Assembly (NCBI RefSeq): GCF_006345805.1
Contig: NW_021823910.1
Coordinates: 1 to 19,939, forward strand
Source: Octopus sinensis
Lineage: Eukaryota
Direction: 5' to 3'
DNA length: 19,939 nt
A program made the translations under genes and the position numbers. Under the pieces are notes generated by a model that saw nothing but the letters and a program-made list of their open reading frames with translations, searched no databases and had not been told where the DNA came from. The stretch's first letter is position 1, and each line of letters starts with the position of its first letter. Shown one piece after another: positions 10,352-19,716 of this stretch.

Positions 10352-10443
10352 CTGTCGCGCTGTCGCATAATAATTTTATAACTATTACTTGAGTTTTTCG
10401 TAAAGATAGAATTGATTTCGGTATGCCTCTTTTCTAAACTTTT

Positions 10444-10463
<20 letters not shown>

Positions 10464-10474
<11 letters not shown>

Positions 10475-13400
10475 CCCCCGGCCCCTTCAATTGAAGGAAG
10501 CCGGTGGCTAACAAGAACGTTAGGGCCAATGTCGGACGCTCCCAAAGATCCCCGATCGTGATCCGGTGTTCCGAGGAAGTAGAAGGCGGGCCTGGACAGG
10601 AGAAAAGGTCGTTGAGGGAATAGGAAGGGGTTATTTCACCAAGACCGATTTTTATGCGATAATCGTGTAGGCCAGTATGGTGGCCACAGCGGAGACGAGC
10701 CAAGTTCACTCGGGCTTCTCTTGAGAGGGAGGATTCGATCTTATTAATTGGCGGCGGAAGGCGTCCCAGAAGCTTGTTTATTCCAAGACATCTGATTGCC
10801 CTCGTAGCCACCAGGTCGTGAATCCCCTTCTGGTTAATGTCCGGAGGGGATCGTATAAGCTTGCGGACTTTGTCCGCGAGGGTCGGAACTATTCTCCTGT
10901 TGTTAGTGGAGTGCCAGAGGAAGTAGCCAGGGTGATTTAGGGTTCGGCATTTGTCAAGAAATTGCAGCCCGAGCATTTCAAAATGGTCACTGATTGGAAG
11001 GATTTTCGATTCCCAATGTAGGTGGTCGGTAGGTGTCGTTTTTAGACAGCCGGTAATAATTCGTAATGCTGAGTTTTGAGTTCTCTGAAGTTTTTCAAGG
11101 TTTGTATTAGATAAGCAGGAACCCCAAGCAGGGATGGCGTAGTTCATAGTTGTTCTAATAAACTGCTTGTATACAGTTGTTAGACTTTCCTTATCCTGCC
11201 CAAATGAAGTCCCCGCAATAGCTCGGAGCACATTGAGTTTTTTCTGGGATTTTCCACAGATATATGAAACATGTTTCGAGAAGGACAAACAGCAATCAAA
11301 TATCAGACCCAAGATTTTGGGGGATTTTTCAACTGGGAGTGGAGTGTTGTCTAGGAATAGTTTAGGCTCTAAGTTGAACTGACGGCGGTCAGTTGTGAAT
11401 AGCGTAACAGATGATTTGGAAGGAGAAGGTTGAAGAAGATTGCATTTCAGCCAGGACGAAAGAGTGTTCATGTGTTCCTGCAGAAATCCAGAAGCGGTGA
11501 TTATGTTTTGGTGGCGGGAGGCAAAAATTAAGTCATCAGCGTAGGAGAGAAGTAGAGTATTATTGTTCGTCGGGATATTTGACAGATGTAAGTTAAATAA
11601 GGCAGGTGAAAGGACCGAGCCTTGGGGAACTCCGTTAGGCAAGTATTTGTAGCGTGAGTAAGAAGACATGATTGTGGTGCGACCAAGACGCCCAGAGAGA
11701 AAAGAGAGTAGCCATGACTTTATTTGGTGGGGGAATTCCGTATCGGTTATTTTCCTACACAGAACGTGTCTTGACGTTCTGTCAAATGCCTTTTCAATGT
11801 CGATGGATGCAATAATTGTTCTTTGAGGTGGCTTATGATTGTTAAACCCATCCGCAATGAATTGTGTCAGTTTGAAAGATGGGTGGAAGTGGAATGCAAA
11901 GAACGAAAGCCATGTTGAGATTCAGCAAATGGGAGGAAAGGTTTTATGATGCTCAATACAACTCGCTCTGTTATTTTTGAAACCACTGAGATCAAAGAGA
12001 TAGGTCGAAAAGAGGAGGGGTCAGAGGTATCACGATTTGGCTTTGGGATAGGGATGATGGTAGATTTCTTCCAAAGCATAGGAACCAGACCATGGTTGAT
12101 CGAGTATTCGATTAAATTGGTCAGAGCCAGAAAGCCATTAGGACCCAGATTTTTTAGGTGGTGGATGGCAAGGCCATCAGGACCTCTGGCGTTAGAATTC
12201 CGCGAGTTAACAACAAGTTGCCTGGTAAATGATTCTGGGATGTTAATATAGTCAGTAGAATTGTCATTTGACTTATAATGTGATTTTCTTACGAAACGGA
12301 GATCCTTTGGGGTAGGAAGGTGACTGATTTTTGCATAATGGCGAATTAAGATGTTGGCTTGATCCTGGAAGATAGGACAGATTTTTTGGTCGAGATACCG
12401 GTGGCATGTGAGAGGGGACATGTTTGCCTCGTGTGAATTTTCTTGAGGGTTCTCCAGAAAGCACGGGATCCAGTATTTGGGGTTATTGAAGTGATAAAAT
12501 CATTCCATTCGTCAGTTTTATGTTTCTTGATTAATTCGTCAATTTGTTTGTTGATTTCTGCTAGAGATTCTCCATTTCCATTGATAGAAGTCGTCGATTT
12601 GATCCTCCTTCGTTTTTTGAATAGTTCAATGATAGGTGGGGGGAAATGGAGGCCGTGATTTCGGATGAAGCCGCGGGGAATAAATTTTTTGTCCGCAGAA
12701 AGAAGTGTACTAGTAAAGAAAGCAACGGCAGCGTCAAATGATTGAATGGAGGAGCAAGAAAAATTACTGAATATACGTTCAGTTTCACTCCTGAACGAGT
12801 CCCATTTCCCACGTTTGTAGTTAATGTAGGTCTTCGTAATTCTCTTCTTTACAGGGTGATGGTTTATTTTGATTAGAATAGGATTGTGGTCCGTTGGTAG
12901 GTCGTACAGAACTGTCCATTTGGCGTCGAGGGCGATGTTTGGGGAACATAAGGTAATGTCAGGAGAAGTGTTTGAATCTCCAGGTCGCATTGCACAGCGG
13001 GTGTGTAGAAGAGGGTTGTTTAGAGTGATCAATTCTTCCGCATCCGTTGTGATTTGCTGGCCACGTTTGTCAGTTTTGTTTGTGGATAACCAGAGAGGAT
13101 GGTGGGCGTTGAAGTCGCCACATAGAATACAGTTTTCAATTGAAAAAAGAGGCAGTAAGTTCGGTGTATAATTGGGAGCACATGACGAAATCGGGGGGAT
13201 ATATGTGTTAACAACAGAGTAACATATCTTGTTAATGTTAATTTGAATAGATGAAATTTCGGTAAATCGATCATTAGTTAAGAGAGATTCAATGTTGGCA
13301 GTTGAGTCTGCAAAGGGAATGGCCTCGTGAATGATGAGTAATGAGACCACCGCCAGGCTTTCCAGACTGGCGGTCACGACGAATGGTGGAATATCCCTTA

Positions 13401-13669
13401 AAACGGGGGGTTTGGGATTTTGGAGTAAGTTTGGTCTCTTGAATAAGAGCTATATCAATAGAGTTCGTGTGTAGAAAGTAGCGTAGGTCATTGCATTTCT
13501 TGGAAATCCCGTTGATGTTCAATTGAAGGATGGTTAGTGTTCTAATAGGCTCAGGTCCAGGGTTTTGTTCCACATCTCCACACCGAATCAACAATAGAGT
13601 CAGGGAACGTAAGCTTGGCGCTCGTCCCGTAGCCACTACCAACCAAACCGTTGACAGGTTGGTTGGCAA
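10464..13669 (-). pseudogene. APE-RT polyprotein of the LINE, split by ~3 frameshifts
   Basis: ORF-track pieces 13289-13669, 12346-13377, 11867-12421 and 10464-11669 are consecutive domains of one protein. 11670-11866 reads TIIASIDIEKAFDRTSRHVLCRKI... by hand. Confidence 0.92.
13553..13597 (-). other. 2A-like (StopGo) peptide LLLIRCGDVEQNPG|P
   Basis: Exact D(V/I)ExNPGP consensus, preceded by a leucine-rich helix and placed just before the APE domain. Confidence 0.9.
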
Positions 13670-13679
13670 GGGGAAAAAT

Positions 13680-13740
13680 TGGTTCTGTTTGTTGCTGATG
13701 TGAAATCAGCATCCAATCGTCTCCACGAGAAGGTGAACCA
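13680..13740 (-). ncRNA. Candidate HDV-like self-cleaving ribozyme at LINE 5' end (P1 5' strand missing)
   Basis: Minus strand: TGGTTC(P2) ACC(P3) TTCTCGT(L3) GGA(P3') GACGATT(P1') GG(P1.1) A TGCTGAT-TTCAC-ATCAGCA(P4) A C AAACA(J4/2) GAACCA(P2'). Module order and the L3 UUCnCGU loop fit the HDV fold. One P3 mismatch and a long J4/2. Confidence 0.6.
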
Positions 13741-13999
13741 CTAAACTTTTTTATTATTCAAAAAAATTTTTTAAATAGATAACCGAAGGAGGAAAAACGA
13801 AGCTGAAGAAAAAACGGTCAGCTTAATAAGGTAATAATTAAATCTTTTTTGTGTGTCGCTTTCTTGCCTGCCGTATCTCCCCCTGCCCCATTTCCGCCAG
13901 TAAAAAACAAAAAAATAAAAAAAGAAAAAAAAGGAAATTACAAAGGAAAAATGAAAAAATTAAATATAAAAAAAATAGACCACAAAAATGAAAAAAAAA

Positions 14000-14198
14000 G
14001 TTTGCAATGACAATAAACAAGGCCCAGGGACAGTCATTAAAGGTAGTTGGGTTATTTTTAGAGAGTGAGTGCTTTTCACATGGAGCTGTATGTGGGATGC
14101 TCGAGGGTAGGCAGAAGAGAAAATTTATTCATATATGCCAAGGAAGGACGGACGACAAACATCGTTTATCAACAGGCGATAGAATAGGGTTACATTAA
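14000..14198 (+). pseudogene. Helitron PIF1 helicase C-terminal remnant
   Basis: FAMTINKAQGQSLKVVG...FSHG, then a 2-nt deletion relative to the 18560-18760 copy. Confidence 0.9.
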
Positions 14199-14503
14199 AC
14201 CAGGTAGTTTTATACATCTACATAAACTTATAGTTGTTTGATGAAACAGGCCCTCCGCAGGAGCTAGGTCGCGGTGAGCGAAGCGAGCTGCCGAGCTAGT
14301 TAACTTATATTTTCTTTCACTTTTTTTTTAATTTTTTACAAATTATCATTGGTTAACTAAAAATTAAGATAATTTTAATTAAAACACAATTCTACCTAGT
14401 AGCTTATAAACAGTGTAAATACCAGAGGGGATATCTCAATGATGATCCAGATATCTGAAATAAAGACTGCGATAACAATATTTATTTCTGTTTCATAGAG
14501 AAT

Positions 14504-15040
14504 CCGAAGCTAACTTATCTCATGCGCTCATCGCCCTGCTTTCTCGAACAAAATCACTTGTCTCGTCTCGACAACATGGTCTCCAAATCTCTTGAGCTTC
14601 TCGTAAATATCAAATTCAAACCTTCAGACATGCGACGGGTTAATTTACCTATTCGTTACGGGGGCATCGGCATTCGTTCTTGTGTTGATTTATCCCTCCC
14701 ATGTTACCTTTCCTCGTTGTCTGCTTTTGCTAGTTCCTTCAACTCTGTTCTCTTCCCCTCCCCTGAACAGCCCGAGTTGTTGGAATATACGGCGGGTGTC
14801 AACATGTGGATTTCTCATGGGCTTAAAATCCCGGACGTCCCCTCAGTTCAAAAGAAATTGGATGATATACATTGTTCCAATGTACTCGAAGATATCCACC
14901 TACGTGCTGACCAGTTTCAGTTGGCAAGCATTAATTGTGCCTGTCAATCCCACTCGGCCGATTGGCTTGACGCTTTGCCGATTTCCTCTGCTGGAATGTT
15001 GCTGGACGACGAATCTGTCCGCATCGGAATCTGTTTACGA
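14504..15040 (+). mobile_element. CRE-clade retrotransposon internal fragment (post-RT region)
   Basis: PKLTYLMRSSPCF...LPIRYGGIGIRS...PCYLSS...SADWLDALPISSAGMLLDDESVRIGICLR matches the recalled CRE motifs LP.R.GG.G.R and W.L.A.P.S..G..L.D...RI...LR. Confidence 0.85.
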
Positions 15041-15087
15041 ATTTACTATGAAACTATATTTAAAAAATAACTTCTATTGATTTAAAA

Positions 15088-15228
15088 CATTAAACAGGCC
15101 CAAACATTCTCTATAGGGTTTAAATCTGGGCTTTGTGTTGGCCATAATAGCAATTCGATATTATTTACTTGAAAAAAGCTCTTTGCTATTGTCGAAGTAT
15201 GTTTCGGATGATTGTCTTGTTGGTAAGA
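15088..15228 (-). mobile_element. Tc1 (DD34E) transposase fragment
   Basis: Manual translation YQQDNHPKHTSTIAKSFFQVNNIELLLWPTQSPDLNPIENVW. D (15214-15216) and E (15109-15111) are separated by exactly 34 codons. Confidence 0.92.
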
Positions 15229-15315
15229 CAGCAACAGAAACAGAAACATTTTTGGTTTTTATAGGAGCTCTTTTTTGTCCTTTTGTGCTAACTTTAGGTG
15301 CCATTATTAACAAAA

Positions 15316-15371
15316 TTTGCAAGTTCAATTCAATTTAATTAAGTTTATTGCAATTAACAGAGAAAGAGAAA
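15316..15371. repeat. ~55-bp dispersed repeat shared with 3134-3187
   Basis: TTTGCAAGTTCAATTCAATTTAATTAAGTTTATTGCAATTAACAGAGAAAGAGAAA versus TTTGCAAGTTCAATCAATCAATTAAGTTTATTGTAATTAACAGAGAAAGAGAAA. Confidence 0.85.
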
Positions 15372-17440
15372 GTGACAGGAATTGAGAACGGTGATAGGAC
15401 GAGACTGATGCCAAGGCAACTGAACTCTTCTGAACTTGCGTTCAATTCATCTGTCGTAAGCCAGAGTTAATAAAGTAGGTTCATTAATTTTTGACGAGTG
15501 CAGAGAGTTTCCGATCGATAAACAGGTCGGTCACCTGAGTTCTTTTCCGGAAAGACCGGATAGATTTCTCAATGACCTGTCGTATCTCCATTAGCATACA
15601 TTGTAGTAGGCTTTAAAGAAACTAAGGTCTAGGAACGTCTGACTCCAGTTTTGCATGCAAAAACGCTCATAAAACATCAAAATTGATATATATAACAATA
15701 TTTTTAAATTATTTTCTTATTTACATTGTAAGTCTGACATCTAAGTTACATCGTACATGATTCCTTAGTTTGAGATAGTAAAAAGGTTTAGAAGAGGTTG
15801 AACAAGTTAATATATTAGACCTTCAAGGGAGGTAGTTGTCCTGGAAAAATCAGGTCGATTCTTTGCACACAAGTGGAGATCTCGAGTTTATTTTTGGTGA
15901 AAATAAAAAACGACTTTTTTAGATTTAAATAAGAACGCTATTATTTTAGAAGTGATTTATTATGTTTCTTGCCACTAAGGTAAATTTTGTTGACGTATTT
16001 GATCAAATTGAGTAAGATACTTGCGGTTTGATATATTACAATAGGGGACTCAAATAGATCAGAAGTTGACCCTGAATGCCATCGCACGTGGTGCACCCAC
16101 TAGAAACAATTAACACCCATTAAATTTAATTGATTTAAAACATAATAATTTATAACTAAATTAACTAAAATTTGCTCACGGGTCACCAGGATCAACATGA
16201 CGGCCTTCTTCCTGGAGAAGTGAGCCTCAGGAATTATCATGGGTCTGGCAGAGAATCTCCGGTACCATCCTCCGCCAGAACAACTAAGCAATTCTTTCGA
16301 TACACGTTTGATTTTTTTTCGTTTTGCAACCTCATTCACTTTATTGATGATAATTAATTTTCTATTAAAAACTCACCATAGAGATTATAAATCAAAACCA
16401 GAAATTTACAAAAATTGCGTTTATAGTCAGCTGTATTGACTTACTCGACCTCATCTAGCTGCTTCGTCCCTACAAACTTAGGAATCAAGAGCCATCCTTC
16501 GATGTCTCTACTTATTAAATAAAGAAAATTAGTTCGAATTTTGTTATATTTGAGGTAACAATAATAAGACATTGTGCTTTTCATTATATATAAATAAGCT
16601 ATTACCTCAGCAAGTATGCTTAATCACTATTCAGAAGTAGAAATTCAGTAATCATTTGTATTAGCTTAATAATTCTTCAAATGAGACTAAAAATTCAATT
16701 CAACAAATGAGACCGAATCTGTGATCATGTCCTTAAGTCTACACTGTTTGAGTAAATTCAAAAAGTGTAGATGAAATCGTCGATTAGTGTCTTTGAAGTC
16801 AACATTTTACAATATATCCGTCAAATATTCCAAAAAGTCTTAGGAAAACAAAATTTTTCTCTTTGAGATAAAGTCTCTATGAATGTCAAAAAACTGAAAA
16901 ATACACCGATTTTAAAAGCATTATTAAATTTTTTAAATGACTTAGTCAACAAAACAACATCGGAGGTCACGTCTCCGTTGACTTTCTTTCAGATTCGATA
17001 ATTTGTATAAAATCCAAAAACCTTGAATCAAGCCACACGCCATTCGAAGTTAGAGGTCGATTTTTCCTTTTTTAAGAAGAATTTTTTTCATCCCAAAACT
17101 AATTTTTGTTATCCAATCATCACTTGGTTATCGATCGGTCAAAGCGCTATGTAGTAATGTCTCGCTTGAAGGATATTGTATTTGAAAACATGTCTTAAAA
17201 TACATTTATGAATTGGTGTCTTTTTGAGATAATAGAATTAGAAAAATATACCTCAATTTGACTTTCCTATTAAAAAAAATGAATTCAAACTGTAAAAAAT
17301 AGAATTTTATTTTTTTATAAATGAATTAATCCATCGTTAATAACGACCTTCATCGTTAATAACGAAAATAATCTTAATAATAAAATGGTATGTTGTGTGT
17401 CTGTCTGTCTGTCTGTGTGTGCACACCAACTTCAATTGGC

Positions 17441-18045
17441 AATACGATGTCCTCGACTTACATGATGAGGTCCTTAAAACCTTCCCCCCAAAAAAATTAA
17501 AAAAAAAAATTTTCTGCATTTTGGTTAAAATGAACAACTACGATGTCCTCGACTTACATGATGAGGTCCTTAAAACCTTCCCCCCAAAAAAAATTAAAAA
17601 AAAATTTTCTGCATTTTGGTTAAAATGAACAACTACGATGTCCTCGACTTACATGATGAGGTCCTTAAAAACTTCCCCCCCAAAAAAATTAAAAAAAAAT
17701 TTTCTGCATTTTGGTTAAAATGAACAACTACGATGTCCTCGACTTACATGATGAGGTCCTTAAAAACTTCCCCCCCAAAAAAATTAAAAAAAAATTTTCT
17801 GCATTTTGGTTAAAATGAACAACTACGATGTCCTCGACTTACATGATGAGGTCCTTAAAACCTTCCCCCCAAAAAAAATTGAAAATTTTTTTTGCATTTT
17901 GGTTAAAATGAACAACTACGATGTCCTCGACTTACATGATGAGGTCCTTAAAACCTTTCCGCCAAAAAATCAAAAATTATTTTCTGCATTTGATTAAAAT
18001 GAACAACGTTAATGTCCTCGACATTCATGATGAGGTTCATTAAAA
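17441..18045 (+). repeat. Tandem array of the same ~95-bp unit, ~7 copies
   Basis: Same unit as 5643-8305 but carrying the TACGATGTC / GATGAGGTC variants. Confidence 0.97.
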
Positions 18046-18284
18046 ATCTCACGTATTAAGAATATCCTTGATGAAAACGACAGCGAGAATATTAACAATG
18101 ATGAACTCCCAATTATTCGCGACTGGCTGTTAAAAAAATTAGACAGGTTGTTGCCGTGGCGGCAGAGATTTTTTTTGTTTATACTTTTTTACAAATTTTT
18201 AAAGTTTTTTTTGTTTTTTCATTTCTTTTGTTTTTAAATTATTTATTTTTATTTGTTTTTTTTATTTTTTTTGTTATTTTCTAC

Positions 18285-18760
18285 AAATTCAACCGGATTG
18301 AATTTTTAAACTCCTTAGATCCCTCTGGAATGCCGAATCATCTTTTAAAGTTAAAGATAGGCGTTCCAGTGGTTTTATTACGAAATCTTGCGCCACCTAA
18401 ATTATGCAACGGAACGAGGTTAGTTATCAAAAATTTGATGGCTAACGTAATAGAGGCGACGATATTAACAGGTAAGTATAGAGGTGAGGATGTTTATATT
18501 CCACGAATTCCGATAATTTCTGATGAATTACCATTTAGATTTAAAAGGCTGCAATTCCTTTGAGGATGAGTTTTGCAATGACAATAAACAAGGCCCAGGG
18601 ACAGTCATTAAAGGTAGTTGGGTTATTTTTAGAGAGTGAGTGCTTTTCACATGGACAGCTGTATGTGGGATGCTCGAGGGTAGGCAGAAGAGAAAATTTA
18701 TTCATATATGCCAAGGAAGGACGGACGACAAACATCGTTTATCAACAGGCGATAGAATAG
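18285..18760 (+). pseudogene. Helitron PIF1 helicase C-terminal fragment
   Basis: [41 protein letters not shown]...IPRIP...FKRLQF, a 1-nt shift near 18556, then RMSFAMTINKAQGQSL...FSHGQLYVGCSRV...NIVY. Confidence 0.95.
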
Positions 18761-19124
18761 GGTTACATTAAACCAGGTAGTTTTATACATCTACATAAAC
18801 TTATAGTTGTTTGATGAAACAGGCCCTTCGCAGGAGCTAGGTCGCGGTGAGCGAAGCGAGCTGCCGAGCTAGTTTATTGTAAAAAGGGTTTAGCGTCATT
18901 TTAATTAAAAGATGATCTCTTCCAAAAGATGTTATCAGGATAGTTACAATCCTTAGGTTACGTGAAAAATAACACTGAATACTAAAATCTTGTAAATGTA
19001 CTACTCCAAAAATCCGTACAAACTACATATATATCCGAAAAAATACAAACTTATAAAAAAGCGAATCAATTTATGATAATTGATGATCGGTATTTTCAAT
19101 TTCTAATTCAGTCTTTATCTAAAG

Positions 19125-19200
19125 CAGGTGTTCTCAACCGGGGGCGAATCGTCTCCCTAGGGGCGAAAATTTTGTACAGGGGGACGATAATTAGGTAAAA
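19125..19200 (+). mobile_element. hAT-superfamily transposon end (Buster/Charlie-like TIR); other end not in window
   Basis: CAGGTGTTCTCAACCGGGG resembles hAT TIRs. It is preceded by ATCTAAAG, which fits an NNNTANNN target, and followed by GGGGCGA-type subterminal motifs that recur at about 19721-19735. Confidence 0.6.
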
Positions 19201-19289
19201 GTGGGGCGATTTATTTATTAAATCACCAAAACCACGCTAAAAACCGAACAAACGTCACGTAATCCCGATGCACTCAACCAGGGACCTCA

Positions 19290-19716
19290 TCCTCGCTCGG
19301 TGATCTTTCCACGAGCCCACACAAGATCGCACCGGGCGGCAGGCCGTTTTTGGCGGAGCATTCGCTGACGGGCCCAGGTTCAGCTTGATGATGTCTTCCA
19401 GAGAAGCTGGACCGGGGCGTTGGCTATCATGCGACCAACGATCGGTTAATCTGAGGGCCCTTTGTTGGGCCTCCTCGATTCGCCTCCTGTTGGACTACGA
19501 TAACCGCGGACCCCATGATCCGCAAGCGTAGGCAATACAAGGTTCGAAGTACTGGCGGTAGATATTCGCCAGTACCGGGTGCGACTCGTTTTTCCATATA
19601 ACAGATAGAGTGCGGAGGATGTTCAATTTTTTTCGCATTTGCGAAGGAGGTTGTCTGCATGTGGGGAAAAACAAAGGTGCATGTCGAGAGTTAGCCCTAG
19701 GACCGTCTGACTCCTG
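19290..19716 (-). mobile_element. LINE reverse-transcriptase C-terminal fragment inserted in the hAT element
   Basis: Manual translation VLGLTLDMHLCFSPHADNLLRKC, a shift, then KKLNILRTL...IYRQYFEPCIAYACGSWGPRLS*SNRRRIEEAQQRALRL. Collinear with ILGLIFDCCLSFSKH...KKLNVLRAI...VYKQFIRTTMNYAIPAWG...QNSALRI of the 10464-11669 ORF. Confidence 0.85.

Larger units (their letters stand above)
10449..13740 (-). mobile_element. Near-full-length single-ORF LINE (APE + RT; ingi/I-group-like), 3.3 kb
   Basis: 15-bp TSD CTAAACTTTTTTATT at 10434-10448 and 13741-13755; (TAAA)n 3' tail about 10441-10474. APE motifs ILQLNING, IQETKL, GDFNAHH, SPDITL, TDHNPI; RT motifs FRPISL, QHGFR, DIEKAFD, GVPQGSVLSPALF, YADD. 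The N-terminal 2A motif supports an ingi-like assignment, but the clade was not tested. Confidence 0.92.
5558..14299 (+). mobile_element. Non-autonomous Helitron, 8.7 kb, with nested insertions
   Basis: Starts TC (5558, after A5557) with TCTTAATAATAAAATGGTATG plus a (GTCT)n tract. Ends ...GAGCGAAGCGAGCTGCCGAGCTAG (CTAG 14296-14299) followed by T. Both ends match the 17372-18872 copy, and a PIF1 helicase remnant lies at the 3' end. The A^T target and TC...CTRR termini are canonical for Helitrons. Confidence 0.88.
17372..18872 (+). mobile_element. Non-autonomous Helitron, compact 1.5-kb copy
   Basis: A|TC start (17372), (GTCT)n, tandem array, helicase remnant, imperfect GC-rich subterminal palindrome, and CTAG|T end (18869-18872). 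Confidence 0.92.

Noticed and set aside
11167-13274. Overlapping ORFs 11167-11382, 11946-12251, 12273-12464, 12443-12658, 12561-12812, 12869-13171, 13029-13274
   Set aside because: Antisense or alternate-frame shadows of the LINE APE-RT coding region.
13680-13740. tRNA-like cloverleaf or hammerhead interpretation of the LINE 5' structure
   Set aside because: No A/B boxes or TTC-arm in the proper position and no CUGAnGA/GAAA core. The HDV topology fits better.
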